DNA of 64,000 nt from Alloascoidea hylecoeti. Its lineage: Eukaryota. The stretch spans positions 62,001 to 126,000 of the forward strand of contig BCKZ01000008.1 in the NCBI GenBank assembly GCA_001600815.1. Reading direction: 5' to 3'. Below, one piece after another: positions 44,606 through 57,900 of this stretch. The position numbers and the translations under genes were made by a program. Under the pieces are notes generated by a model that saw only the letters and a list, made by a program, of their open reading frames with translations, was not told the origin of the DNA and did no database searches. The first letter of the stretch is position 1. Each line of letters opens with the position of its first letter.

Positions 44606-46468
44606 CTACATATCTCTAGACCTTTTGAAACATGATATCGATCTTTTTCTTCTTCTTTGAATCCCTTGTTCTGCTTCAGGTTCCTCATCAGGATACATTT
44701 TTCTCATCCAAAATGATCCACCAAAAAACCCACCAAGACAAAGACATATTAATAAACAACAAATTCCAATAAACCAATGAAAATCAGTTTTACCATCCCC
44801 TGGAACTTTTACATTCATTCCGAATAAACCAGTAAAAACATTTAATGGAATAAGAATTATACCAATTAATGTTACTTTACTAAACATTTTAGTAATTTCA
44901 TCAATTGCATTAAAAGATTCTACTTTAATTTGAGTTAAATAATTTGAAGTTGATCTTGATAATAATTTTTCATAAGAAATTAAATTATTTGACATTGCAG
45001 TAATATGATCTTGAATATCACTTAAATATAATACAATATCTTCATTTGTATTATTATAACGATTTGTAAACATTTTAATAACTTCTGCCTTTCCAAATAA
45101 ATATCTCGTAATTTTCATTACTTTTCTTCTTGAGACACCAACATTTCGAATCATATTTCTATAATCTAAATCTCTTGAAATTGCTATATTATCTTCAGAT
45201 GAATGAGCATCAAATTCAAGAGTTTGAACAATTGGTGCAAAACTATCAGTTATATTATCAATTAGTGCATAACAAATCCAATCAGATGTAATATTTATAT
45301 ATCCATCTAATTTTTTAATTCTTTTTCTTACATTTAATGGATGATTGATTGGAGATGTATGAAAAGTTAAAACACCAGATTTAAAAAGTATCATATAAAA
45401 TGTAATTGGTTCAAGATATTCATCAGATGATTCATTAGTATTAATTGTATTAAATACAATAAAATAATAAGATTTAAATGATTCAAATTTTTCTCTTTTT
45501 TCTTGTGTTTCAATATCTTCTCTTGTTAAGGGATGAATTCCAAAAGCATTCGAAAGCATATGAATTTCAGATTCTGTTGGATTTAAACAATCAAGCCACC
45601 AAGTTTTTGTTTCATCATTGAAAAGTTCTTTAAATGAATGTCCTTCTTCAACTAAGGATGGAAAATCTTGAGCATATATAGTTTCATGTTCTGTTCTAAA
45701 AAAAGTAAATCTATTTTGAAGTCCATTATCTCCTCCAAAATTTATATCCATTCCTTCAAATTCTACATCTTTGGATGATTCTGATCCATTTCTTATTTCA
45801 GTCAATAGAATACTTTTAGTAGGATTCTTCTCCGTCGGAGATAATTGCAACTCATTAAATTCATCATTTTTCTCATTACAAAAAGCTTTAATTTCAGCAT
45901 AATTAATATTATTATTAGAATCTTTTTTAGTTAATGAATAATTAATGGGAAACCAAACATCTTCTTCTTTTTTACCTTCAAGCTCTAATTTTAATTTATA
46001 TTCTCCCGATTCTATAGATCTTGATCTATAGTAATTTTTTGAAAGTGGTAGTTGGAAATCCTCATTTGAGGTTTTAATTGTACCTTTTAAAAAACCTTTC
46101 AAACTATCCATAGTTCTTGAAAAACTTTTTGATCTGCTTCTAACCGATGAAGATCTAGAACCTCTGGAACCTGGCAAATTTTTAGATCTAACTGACCGTA
46201 GGTGATTTGAACTATCCGAGCCTGAGTGATTGGAACTAACTTCATTATAATTGAGCGGTAGTTGGAGATGATTTGAATCGCTATCAATGCTAAGAAACCG
46301 TGGAGTATGAATTGAGTTTCTCGCAGAAGATTCAGAAGGTGATCTTATAGGTGTATGTGAATGACTTCGACCAGTAAAAGGCTCTGGTTGCGAAGCTAAA
46401 GAAACAACTACTTCTGGTGCGATATTTTCCTCGGGTGGATTATATTTGTTGTTGATAGCCATTTCCAT
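44606..46468 (-). CDS. ALR1: CorA-family Mg2+ transporter (Alr1/Mnr2 type)
   Basis: RFTFF..ETIYA, WWLDCLNPT, FGIHPLTREDI, DWICYALID and GLFGMNVKVPG with two C-terminal TM helices. ALR1 versus a paralog is not certain. Confidence 0.85.
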   Translation of the reverse strand: MEMAINNKYNPPEENIAPEVVVSLASQPEPFTGRSHSHTPIRSPSESSARNSIHTPRFLSIDSDSNHLQLPLNYNEVSSNHSGSDSSNHLRSVRSKNLPGSRGSRSSSVRSRSKSFSRTMDSLKGFLKGTIKTSNEDFQLPLSKNYYRSRSIESGEYKLKLELEGKKEEDVWFPINYSLTKKDSNNNINYAEIKAFCNEKNDEFNELQLSPTEKNPTKSILLTEIRNGSESSKDVEFEGMDINFGGDNGLQNRFTFFRTEHETIYAQDFPSLVEEGHSFKELFNDETKTWWLDCLNPTESEIHMLSNAFGIHPLTREDIETQEKREKFESFKSYYFIVFNTINTNESSDEYLEPITFYMILFKSGVLTFHTSPINHPLNVRKRIKKLDGYINITSDWICYALIDNITDSFAPIVQTLEFDAHSSEDNIAISRDLDYRNMIRNVGVSRRKVMKITRYLFGKAEVIKMFTNRYNNTNEDIVLYLSDIQDHITAMSNNLISYEKLLSRSTSNYLTQIKVESFNAIDEITKMFSKVTLIGIILIPLNVFTGLFGMNVKVPGDGKTDFHWFIGICCLLICLCLGGFFGGSFWMRKMYPDEEPEAEQGIQRRRKRSISCFKRSRDM

Positions 46469-47089
46469 AATTTTAACTATATTAAATATTCATATATTCG
46501 TTTTTATAGTTTTACCACTATAACTTGTATAATTGGATGTTGAATTCAGCCATGAAGGAAAAAGAGGGAGATTTGAGATATTTTAAAAGAAAGAAGAAAA
46601 GATTTTGAAGAAATAATTTTTAATCTATAACTTTATTATGTCTAGACCCACAAATGATATATCAATTCATTATCTTAAATCTCAACCTACTTGAAAGTAA
46701 TCTCTTTTTTTTCATGCTGACGGTTAATTTTCACTTATATATAAATATATCGTCCCAATAATCCTCATATGTATTTAAAAGTGAGATATCTTGGCGGTTT
46801 CACTTAGGCAAAATATCGCAGACGTAGGTTTGCAATTGAGGTTTAAAGTTCAAATATGTGGAACTCACTCTACTCCAATTGACAGCCGTGCGCATATATC
46901 TACTAGAGTTTATTTATAAATTAATCATTAAACATCAATGAGTTGACCACAACAAAAATAAAACTACCACATGAAAATAGCATCATCATACTCGTCTTAA
47001 TACTTTGTGTAAAGTATTTTACTATAAGTTAAGTCAGTAGATAAGCTCCATCTAGTTCTAGGCCATGATGAAGATTGGAATGATGCCCG

Positions 47090-47570
47090 AGAAGCGCCAA
47101 TTAAAAAACCCATCCTAGAACCCATTCTAAAAAAGCAATATAAAGAATGTGCCCGGCATTTAAAAGACTTTTTTAACGCGAGGAACCAAAGGAACAAATT
47201 TGAAGATATATTGTAGTGGTATCTAGCCAGTAGTGACTAATGCTCGATCGTCACAGGATCTAGACCGGAAAGTCGTATGCTCGATGACAATCAGGCCAGG
47301 CCCTTGAACCAAACATAAGGAAGTCTGGGTATTTAAGTCTTATGGTACAGACTGGAATTTGGAAAATGGTCGTACCGCATTTTAAAGGGTGGTTGGAGTT
47401 CCTAATGCTCCATTCCTTAAGCTTGTAGAGTGACAACCATCTATGGCGTTAAGAACGTTGATACTAATAATTACTAAACATATATAGAGTGGTAGAATAT
47501 CCAGAAATTACGGAACATTTTGAAGTTTGAACCATCTTAAAGATGATCTTGAGGCCTTGTATAGTATAAT
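47090..47570 (+). mobile_element. Tc1/mariner transposase relic, related to the 26545-26985 copy
   Basis: PIKKPILEPILKKQYKECARHLKDF and KSGYLSLMVQTGIW..GRT. Shares AAGTCTGGGTAT..TATGGTA..GACTGGAATTTGGAA with 26691-26734. Confidence 0.6.
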
Positions 47571-47830
47571 ACTCAGCAACTAGTTATAATCTTGCCATTT
47601 CTATGTGAAGTGGTGATCAGAAATTAAACGCGCTGTATATAATCAATACCTATAAGGTTCGCCTTACAGTAGAAGATAAATTACTCAATGTTACTATAAT
47701 ATAACTATGAGATAAAACGGTGGACAAAACCCAAAAACACAAAACAAATGCCAAATTCCAAATTTCCAATTACAAAATCTTCCTTAATACTATATTTATA
47801 TGGATGTCATGTTCCCATGTTAATGTATAA

Positions 47831-49826
47831 TCATAATAATGATTCTTCATCCAATTCACGTTCAACAATATTTTGAAAATCAATTGATTTAAATAGCCAT
47901 AATCCCTTTTCTTTACCAATAATAGCTTGTGATAATCTATACACAACCCTTCTTTGAACCTCATTATGATAAGAATGTTTTTGATTTTCTAATTCTTTAT
48001 CATTTGGAAAATCACTTTGCCAAAATCCTGGTGGTGTACCACTAATTGATGATAAATTATGAGTTGTACGTCTTTGATAAGCGGTTGTTCCCATTTCAAA
48101 TAAACTTTTTGCATTTAAAAAATCAATTTCATCATGATCAGATTCTAAACTAAGTGATTTATTATTATTAACATTTAAATTATGTGATGATACAACCCTT
48201 TTTGCAAAATTTAATGCTCTTTCTATATTTTTATCTTTTATTTTACCATTTTTAAGATCTTGTAAAGAATACTGTGGTTCCCATGGTAATGAATCATTAT
48301 ATTCAAATTTTGGATTTTTCATAAAATCTTCTGGAACCCATGTTTTTTTTGTTATTGGATTTCTTAACTCTAAATCTTTTATTTTAAATTTTAAATAATC
48401 TTCAGATATTATATATTGTTTTCTACGTTTTAATGGATTTTGTTTGCTATTTTGATTTCTTGATATTGGTGTTAATTCTGAAATCATTCTTTTAGAAGAA
48501 TTATTTATTTTATTTCCTGGTGTTTCTGGAGTATTTAATTGAAATGGTAAATTTAAGGATTTTGATTTAATTTTTGTAAAAGAATCTACATGAGATTGTA
48601 TTTTTGTATATTGATTTTTGGAAATTGATGGAGTAGATGGTACAAATTTTGGATTTTCGTGAACACTATTTAAAAAGGTTGATTTTGGTGTAATTAATTT
48701 CCTTTTTTTATGACGATAAGTATTAGATTTCTCATTTTTTGCGCTAATACGTTCTTCAACTGATGGTGGTGATGAAGAAACCGTTATTACTTCAGAATTT
48801 GCCTTCTTTTCCTGAAGATTTGGGGAACTGCCCGAATTAAATGATCCACTAGAAAAAGATGCTTTTGGTGTTTTAATCGGTATTCTATTAATTGATTTTA
48901 ATTCTGCTGTATCTTGTGTATGTGGAAGTATGATATCCAAATCTTCATCTGAATCGGAAATATAACTTGAGTTCTCAATGTCATTTGTTCTTCTTGGATC
49001 TTGATGATTTGATATATTAATGAAAACACTATCATGAACTACTCCAGTTTCAGAACCTTGAGTAGCAGGAACCATGCGATCATCATTTATACCTTCTTTC
49101 TTAACTTTTGGTAAGGGTATTATAGGAAAGAGATCAATCTCTTGTTGGTTTCCATCTTCATTTTCATTTATTTGTTGCCTTGGACATTGTGTTGAGTCAT
49201 TACTCTGAGATGATGTCGCAACATCATTTCTAGAACCCAAGTCTTCTTGGTTTGATAGATTAATTGTAGATAAAGGTCGAGGAAGCTGATATTCTTTTTT
49301 TACTATAGGAATTTGATTATCTTTCTTATTTAATCTTGTTTCAGAAACCTCTCGAAGAACATTAAAACTAATATTTTTACTAATTTTCGATTCTAATTTT
49401 TCATTTTCATTTTTTAAAATATCACAAGTTGATTCTAGATTTTTAATAACAATTCTATACTCTTCAAATTGATTTTTAAATCTTTCAACTTCAGTCATTA
49501 ATGATGTCAACTCATCATTATAATATCTATTTTTATCCCTTAAATCTTTTAGTTCTTCAGTTAATACATCAATTTCTTCTTCTTTTTCTTGAGTTAAGCC
49601 GATATCTTGTAATCTTCGAATATCTTCTTTTAAATTATTAATTTCCTTTTGTTCTAAAAATCGATATTAATATTATTGTTTTATCTCTTGTGAAAATGTG
49701 TTACTTACGCGTCTGGATTATTTTTCGATTTTTATGATCCTTCTTTTTTAATTCATTAAAAGATATCTGTTGAAATTCAAGCAAAGATGTAATCTGAGCG
49801 GTTGAATCTTCGAACGAATTTACCAT
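47831..49826 (-). CDS. SAE2: Sae2/Ctp1/CtIP DNA end-resection factor; exons 49826-49709, 49653-47831
   Basis: Removing intron 49708-49654 (GTAAGT..TATTAAT..TAG) joins MVNSFEDS.. in frame to an N-terminal coiled coil. The C-terminus has the TPPGFWQSDFP motif of the family. Confidence 0.8.
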
Positions 49827-49902
49827 GATTGAAACATGGGGTCTAATATCTAGTTTAATATGAAGGTTTACAGTTAATGTTTGTTGAGTATTATATGATC
49901 AA

Positions 49903-49910
49903 TTTACCCG
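49903..49910 (+). promoter_or_regulatory. Reb1-type site TTACCCGG upstream of SAE2
   Basis: Exact consensus within the about 150-bp intergenic gap. Confidence 0.4.
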
Positions 49911-49979
49911 GCCTTTAGGACGTTGATATGCCTAATATTATATAAGATGAAAACAATATTAATTCGTCATTTATAATTT

Positions 49980-50663
49980 TTATTCCCCTTCCGAATCATA
50001 ATCTGAAGTTAAAACTTCATGGAATTTTCTTATCAGAATACTATTATATCTTAATTGAAAATCATACAGCAAACATGGGTTGTATTTTTGGCTATAATCA
50101 TAATAGGAAACGCTCTCTGTTATTCTTCGTTTTAACTCTTCACAAATCTCCCATTCGTAGCAATCGAAGCAGTAAAGTTCCCTTCTTGGTAAAACTATAC
50201 TTGTAGAAGATAAGATGACATCGTTTAATCGGTTACACAATTTCCGATTTAACAATAAAACCCTATAATTATGCCGATATTTGCTATGCCTTTGGGTATA
50301 AAGTTTTAACAATTTGATATATTTTTCATTATGAGGTACGAGAGTAACATCATTACTAATTGGTTGTTCAGTTATATATCGATTCAGATATTTCCTTTTC
50401 GAACCTTCAAGTTGTTTTATATTTGGTTCTTTAGCAATAACAGTATTATCAATTAAATCTCTAACAAATTTAACTTCTTTGGGAAGATTCTCTTCTTTAT
50501 CTTCTTCAAGTCTGGGACCCTTTTGTGAGAATATACAGAATTTCGTCAATTTACCGCTCCACGTATCATGAGAGGTATTGGGTATAATATTGTCGTTAAA
50601 TTCTAACTCATTTCTCAATGGTGATGATGATTTTGGTTTTGTGTTTGTAATTTTTGGTAGCAT
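49980..50663 (-). CDS. Hypothetical protein (about 227 aa), no recognised domain
   Basis: Long open frame from ATG 50663 (MLPKITNTKPKSSSPLRN..) with protein-like composition. The track's upstream extension looks like non-coding promoter sequence. Confidence 0.6.
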   Translation of the reverse strand: MLPKITNTKPKSSSPLRNELEFNDNIIPNTSHDTWSGKLTKFCIFSQKGPRLEEDKEENLPKEVKFVRDLIDNTVIAKEPNIKQLEGSKRKYLNRYITEQPISNDVTLVPHNEKYIKLLKLYTQRHSKYRHNYRVLLLNRKLCNRLNDVILSSTSIVLPRRELYCFDCYEWEICEELKRRITESVSYYDYSQKYNPCLLYDFQLRYNSILIRKFHEVLTSDYDSEGE

Positions 50664-50963
50664 TTGAATTTTATGTGAATAGCTATGAATATTGGTATAG
50701 TAAAGTTGTAATTGAATGGATATATTAATGAAAATACCGTAGAAGGGAAATTGAATATATAAACCCATATAAATATATAAAGAAACCGAAGAATACAAAC
50801 AAATCTTTGGGCTCGATCATCAATGATGACATCATCCACACCAATTCGTTATGTAATCAATAAAATTCTCATATTTACTGCGATATGAGTACTTCTCGTC
50901 ATGGGCTTACCTCCATCTAAGAACTTCAATATTGTTTCACTTTTCACTATTTTTTCATAATAA

Positions 50964-51587
50964 ATGGAGGATTCACCAAGTTCAGATAGCGGGCAGACAT
51001 ATACTTGCTCTACTTGTTCAGCCACATTTTCCCGGGCGCATAATCTTAAAAGTCACTTACTGACACATACACAAGAACGTCCTTTTACTTGTCCAACGTG
51101 TTCATCCAAGTTCCGGAGGTTACATGATCTTAAAAGACATATGAAACTTCACTCCGGTGAAAAGCCATTTATTTGTGGACACTGTGGTCGAAGATTCGCG
51201 AGACAAGATGCTCTTAATAGACATAATAAAACGAAAGAGGCAGGAAAACCAGGTTGTGTATCTCTTGGAAAACAGGTTCTTACACCATCATATGATCTCA
51301 AATTACCACCTATCATCCCAAAGCCAATAGCTATTCTTCCTTTGCCATCAAATTCAAGTCCACCATCATCGACTCGGCCTATATCTCAATCACAATCTTC
51401 GATAAATTCACCTCAGATACCTCCGTTATCTACAAATAGATCGACAACCTCAACAAATGGGAATTCTAACACACCGGATTATCTTCCATTAATACGAGTT
51501 TTAGAAACTCGAATTATTTCCCTGGAACAAAGACTTTTAGCCGCTGAAAATAGAGTAGGATATCTTGAATCTCAACTACATTCTTGA
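50964..51587 (+). CDS. Three-finger C2H2 transcription factor with C-terminal coiled coil
   Basis: CSTC..HNLKSHLLTH-TQERPF-CPTC..HDLKRHMKLH-SGEKPF-CGHC..DALNRH, then C-terminal heptads LETRIISLEQRLLAAENRVGYLE. Confidence 0.9.
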   Translation: MEDSPSSDSGQTYTCSTCSATFSRAHNLKSHLLTHTQERPFTCPTCSSKFRRLHDLKRHMKLHSGEKPFICGHCGRRFARQDALNRHNKTKEAGKPGCVSLGKQVLTPSYDLKLPPIIPKPIAILPLPSNSSPPSSTRPISQSQSSINSPQIPPLSTNRSTTSTNGNSNTPDYLPLIRVLETRIISLEQRLLAAENRVGYLESQLHS

Positions 51588-52129
51588 TTATCTTTCTTTC
51601 TTTTACGTTTCTGTTTCTTGATTCCCAGCCTCTCCGCATTTTTGTATAATATTTTGTTTATGTTTTGATTTATTTATTACTATTCTTTTAAATTTGGTTC
51701 CTTTTTTCACTATTTGGTTTTTGTCGGTTATGAAATAAAAGCAATAACATCCTAATATATAATTTATTACTTAGGCCTTATAGATATCACAATTCTCTAT
51801 TTTAAAAAATTAGAAATATACTTTATGAATGATAAAAACATTAATATCTTTAAATTTAATGTGGCAATGTAGAATAAATATTAATCAAATACAACCAGTT
51901 AATATTAATATTATCAGTTTATAATAGTATTAAAATTATAATTACCGGCTACACTAAGGCAGTTTTGAATGTTCATATAAACTTAGAACGTTAACTATAA
52001 TGATATTTGTACTTATATATATTACTAATAAAAATCTCAAAACATTTAATTCCAGCTGTGGTCTTTTCAAATAAAAGCTATAAGCTTACTGTCATTCCAT
52101 TTAATTTTGGCCACTGGTAGTACGCATGC

Positions 52130-52394
52130 ATGTTTGATCAAGGTAATATATTAAGAATTTTATTAAGAGTAAAAGAGCAAACCCGAAAGAAGTTAGATAT
52201 TACTGTTATCCCATTGGAAGAACAGGTGAAAAAGATTAATGGTCTGTTTTTTTTAAAAATAAGCTTAAGGTGGTGATTTGATGGTGTTTAGCAATAGAAT
52301 TTTAGCTCAAGGTGAAGGTTCTAGTTTTCGAAAAGATGTTCTGAATGGATTTGTAAACAATGGCGGGTGGAAATGGGATGAATTTAATCAATAA
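52130..52394 (+). pseudogene. Possible C-terminal fragment of an NmrA/isoflavone-reductase-like (Cip1-type) oxidoreductase
   Basis: MFDQGNILRILLRVKEQTRKKLDITVIPLEEQVKK, a frameshift in a T-run, then GGDLMVFSNRILAQGEGSSFRKDVLNGFVNNGGWKWDEFNQ*. Resembles yeast Cip1-family C-termini from memory only. Confidence 0.35.
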
Positions 52395-54964
52395 CACGAA
52401 TCCATTGCAATTCATAGCTATATTATTTCCTACTAGCGTTTACTAAAACAAGCACCAACATCATAAAATATATGAATTTACTAGATATTCTATAGGTCTG
52501 ATAGATAAACTGCTTATTCAAGATTGGCACCTTTGCCTTGTTTTTGCTGATCTTAATTTTTTTTCCTCCAACTGCGTGTGTTTAAGGGTGGCAGATGAAC
52601 TGCTTGTTGTTCGCTCATTGTGGAGTTGTAAAATCTAAATCTAAAACATTGCCATAGAATACGAATATAACTAATTAAAACCTGGCGGGGATCTTTACAC
52701 AGTAAGAATCTTACCTTTTAGCTCCTAGTAAGTAAAACATAATTATAGAGTTAACATTTTCGTTCAATATTTATTGTCATACTAACATAATTCATAATTT
52801 TATTGCTATAAAACTTATTGTTTCTTAATTACTAATATAAGTATAATTAACGATTTCATATAAGCTATTACTGGAGATTTCCTATATATAAGTTACTTAG
52901 AAACAGCACTTATAATTATTCTCATAGTTAATATGGATTTCAAAGAATATGTGTCAATTTCTTTAAACTTATACATATAGCGATAAGTTTTTCCTGATAT
53001 ACTATACAAGAGCTGTATAATCTATTTTAGTGACGTGCATATATATATATGCATGCATGTTTTGAAACTTCTATATGTGGTAATTGGTGTGGTATTTATT
53101 TTTTCTTTTCAGCCAGTACTTATAGCTGTTTGCGAGTGTGTGAATACAAATCCTCCTTCCACTTCTTTTAACATTCTAACACAGTAATATATAATTATTG
53201 TTCAAACATTTAAATTAGTCCAACAATGATGATAATGATGGTAATGATCTATGTCACCAACCTTCTCACAAGCCTACTACTGGAATTTTAGAAAAAAAAT
53301 CTATTATAACTCAAAATATAGAATTTCGAGCAGCTTCATTTACAATTGCTACGGATTTAAAAGCTACTCATAATTTAAGTAAAAAGTTTTTGGAATCATA
53401 TATATATATTCAATTTCTAGGAAGCATGCCATCCAATTAATTCTTGATTTGATATGTACTTCTTGCAATAAATTCTCATATCGAGTATATTTGCAGCTCA
53501 AGAATGTATACGAGTGTATCAGGAAATGTTTTGAAAAATCCACGATAGCCCTCTGATCGAAAATCCTATCAATACACGGAAGGATTTATCAAAATGTTAT
53601 CAAGACAGTATAATATCAGCATTAAAATTTTTCTGCCGAGATTGCAAAGATAGATTTATCACGTCTCGTTTGATTCAAAAATATATATTTCATGTATTAT
53701 TATTGTGAGAACTATAGGTATACATGTAAGCTTATACCAGTGATATGGGGGTAAAAAATCTACTTGTTTGACGAGATCGAGCTCGGACAAAAATCTTTTC
53801 CTTTTAATATTATATACAGTTACATTTAACCATTTGTGCTTCCAAATCTTTAACTTCTCTATGACCTTGGGATATTGGTGTGTGACTGTATGGATTATTA
53901 GTGGTGTGTTGTGTGTGTAAAACCACCAACACATATAAATTATTAAAAATATTAGTACTAAACTCTACTTAATATCTCATAATTTTGATTATATAGGTTG
54001 GATATTTTCTTTTGTAAATCTGGTTGTGGTACGGCGTGAGCGTTCTTCCACTATTTAGCGTATTGAGCTCAGAGTTATCTAACTCAAATCTTAAAACACA
54101 AATTCAAGCATGCCACGATGAGCTGTAAGGTTGCTATATGGACACAATATGAAGGCACTGTTTTCTCAGAATAGTCTAATGTCTTTTTAATGCAATCACC
54201 GTAGTGAAGAATGAAAATTGATGAGATCTATATTTGTCTAAAAGATTTAGTGTCTCGAAATATACTCTTCAAGCTTGCCTCCATGGCCAAGGTGGATTAT
54301 CACAAGAAGACCCACATCCGTTCTCTCTACTCTTGAGGAGAACTCGTCCGTCAATCTTTGTTTCTGTCTAGAAATGATTGTACTGCTTCTAACGCGTTTT
54401 CATGGGCTGATTGATGAGTTTATTGTGTGAAAAAGGATTCATATCAAAGATTGCCCTGAAAACTCGTTAAAGGTGCATTTTATTATTTTTCCAAGATTTA
54501 TCAGTATCCGCAGATAAGATAGAAGCTAAGTTACAAAATACAATTGTAACCGCAATGCAAACATAATTTTATAATTAATTGATACATATATTTTTATATA
54601 TCACTTATATTCAATAAAGATTTAAATTTGTAGCCTATAGTTCAAATCAAAAAAATTCATTTCGTTATTTTATAGTGTAAAATATTGAATAGCATAAGGA
54701 AAATTAATAAAGCATACATATATGAGAATGATAAAATAATATGAAAACAAATAATTAAAAAGTAAATAAAATCTGTAAATTTGAGAGTATGAAAATCGTA
54801 ACACTTTATATGTACACCGATATAGTTTCCGTGAGCAAAAAAAATTATAAGATTCGACAAAAGCTTTTAAAACATCATATAAAAAATTGCAGCAAAGCGA
54901 GAAAAAACATATTCATATCGTGAGTAGTTATCATATCCTACTTTTCTGTTATCTGCTATTCGTT

Positions 54965-57900
54965 TCAAGATTGTTGTTGTTCATTGCCTCTACCTCTATA
55001 ACTACCGTTGCCTCTACGACCACCACGACCTCTTCCACGATTACCATGTTCTCCTCTAGTTCTAGTGAAGTGTCCTTTAGTGTTACTAGAATTTGGAGTT
55101 CCATTACGGGGTCCAGTAGGTGGTACTCTTTTACCACCTTCTTGTTGCTCAGACGGTGATGTTGAATCTTCACTATTTAAGACCGATAAACCACGAATTC
55201 CAAGAAGTGCTTTCACTTCTGCTGATGCATTCTCATTTCCTGAAGGTGTTCTCTTATGAACCTGTGGCTCAGTCTGTTGTTGTTGATGTGGCTGCAACGG
55301 TGCTGGTTGATTTTGCGCAGTCGGCATAAATTGCTGAGGCTGTGGGACAAAGCCAGGGAATGGGAAGGGTGGCATTGGCATACCAGGTACAAAATTTGGA
55401 GGGGGAGGGAAAGGCATATTCATAGGTAAAGGCATTGGCATAGGAGGTCCACCACCATACTGACTGAAGAAATTAGCAAATGCTTGTTGAGGATTACCAT
55501 TACTATTAGAAATGGGTGTTGATCCTGGATTAGCTTGTGGAGGCTCATTAGGTTGTGATTGACTATTTGGACTACCATTCAAAAGTGATAATAAAAATTT
55601 ACTATTCTTTTCTTCAACTTTGTCTTGAGTTGAATCAACAGGAGCTTTAATAGTTTCAGTAGTCTCCTCCTTATTAACTTCAGTAGGTTTTGTGTCTTCT
55701 TGTTGTGTTTTTTTCAACCATTTTTTAGCATTTACAGGAGTTGTTGTTCCCTCTACTTTCTTATTCTGTGATAATAGTGGTGGGGAAGACTCGTTGATAT
55801 TTTTCCCTCTTTTCCAAACATTATTAACTGGTACATTCGAATATCTTTGTTGATTATTATTTCTATTTGATTGGTCTTGTCTATCATCATACCGTTTTTT
55901 AGAAGCAGCTGAATGATAAACCAATTGCTTACTCGAAATATTTAACAACATCGAAGTTTCAACATTTAATCCTCTATTAGTCTTCAAAGTACCAGCCAAA
56001 GTATTGCTACCTAATAACGGAGCATCAAATATAACATCAACAGTAACGTTTTTCATACTACTGTGAATAGCAACGACGGTTCCTTTACTAAACAAAGCAA
56101 CTTTACCAGATTCTTGAACATATGAAACACGATCTCCCAATTGGAATCTTTGAGTTGACAATAAATTTGAAGAAACGGATGGATTTAAAATAGCATCTCT
56201 TGGTACTTTATGTAAGGTTTTTTCAACAACAGGTTCATTATTAATAACAGATTGTTTTAAAAATTGAATTGATAAATTTTCAATTTTTTTAATAGAATCT
56301 TGTGATAAACCTTCAGATTCTAAACTAACCAATGTATAACCTTTTGATTTAAAATTTGATAACCATTCTTTAATTTTTTTAATTTCATTATCAACTTCAT
56401 TTCTATCCATACCATTAAAAATTTCAGACGCTCTTGGAATATTAGCATGCATATTTTTAATAATACCTTGAAATAATTCAGGGAATTCTTGCATATAAGT
56501 ATAAATTAAATCAATAGCTGTTTTACTAAATTGCCATCCACGTTCATGACGTTGAGTATAACCTAATGCCTTTAATTTTTTAGATTCAAATTTTAAATCA
56601 AGTCCAACATTACGTTTCTTACCACCATGTTCAATCATATATGTTGAAGTAATACGTGATAAAACCAATGGATGCAACTTCAAAATTTTGGAAACTTCAA
56701 AAGATGGGTAATATCTTGCATTTCTTCGTTCCAAAGCAGCAATAGTTTTTCCAAACGTTGGAGTCAAATATTCTTTAACATCTTTAAGTTCTACTTCTTC
56801 TTGTGACTTGATTGATAACGTAACAGATTCTTTAGGTTCATGACCAACAACTTCTGCAGGTTCTCCATAAGCGAAATCACCCAAAAATACAACTTTAGAA
56901 TGTAGTTTAAATTCTTCTTCAACAGGAGCAGGTCTTCTTTCTTTGTACCTAAGATCTACATTAGCAACTTTTTTAACAACCAGTTGCAAAGGATAAATCT
57001 CTTCAACATCAGTATTGAAATCTTTTCTATACCATCCATCTCTAGAACGTAATAAACCTCTTAAAGGATTAACATGAACCAAAATATCAATTGAACCAAC
57101 CTGAATACCTCTATTTTTAGCAAAAGTAGCAGAAAGATTTTGTACTACTTTATCATATCTAAAATCATATTTTTCATGAGAATCAGCAATAATTTGTCGA
57201 TTATTAAGACTAAACCTTGTATCATAAGTTGAAATCCCAATAACTTTTGCTTCTCTTAAATATGGCCAATTGATATAAACTTTTCTACCCAAAAATTTTA
57301 AAATTTCATCTAATTCTGAATATTTATATAAATTTTCAATTTTTAAAATTCTTGATTCCGATCTTGTCGGTTGTTGAAATATAACAATTCCAGCTAATTC
57401 TAAATCTGATTTAAAAGAAATTGTTTTTAAAGTTGGAAAACCAGCAAATAAATATTTCCCACTTTTCGAACCTTTAATTAAACCATTTTCATCTTTTTCC
57501 TTTGGTTCTTTACTTTGTAATTGAGGATCTCTATCACCAGGCATTATAAAAGTTGTTTCAATACAATGACAATCTTCAATATCATCAAGAACACCAGGTA
57601 TACTTGATTTAATATATCTATTAACTTGAGGATTATAAATAAATTGAATAGCTTCACCAAATGAATTTCTTTTCTTTTCATCATCAGTTAATAATTTATC
57701 AACAGGTTTCATTGCTTCTAATAATCTAACTTCATCAACAAATTGAATTTTCACAACAGCTTCCCAATCAGCAGTTTTCCCATTCATATCTAATTCAACA
57801 TCATTTGGATAAAAATCAATAATTGGAGAATTTTGATCAGTCATTAATGCTCTATAAGGTAAAGGTAATAAAGATCTTGATCTTGCAGGTAAAACAGCCA

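Noticed and set aside
53250..54500. Possible coding relics or snoRNA boxes
   Set aside because: An isolated CxxC and TGATGA/CTGA words without a consistent frame or guide structure.
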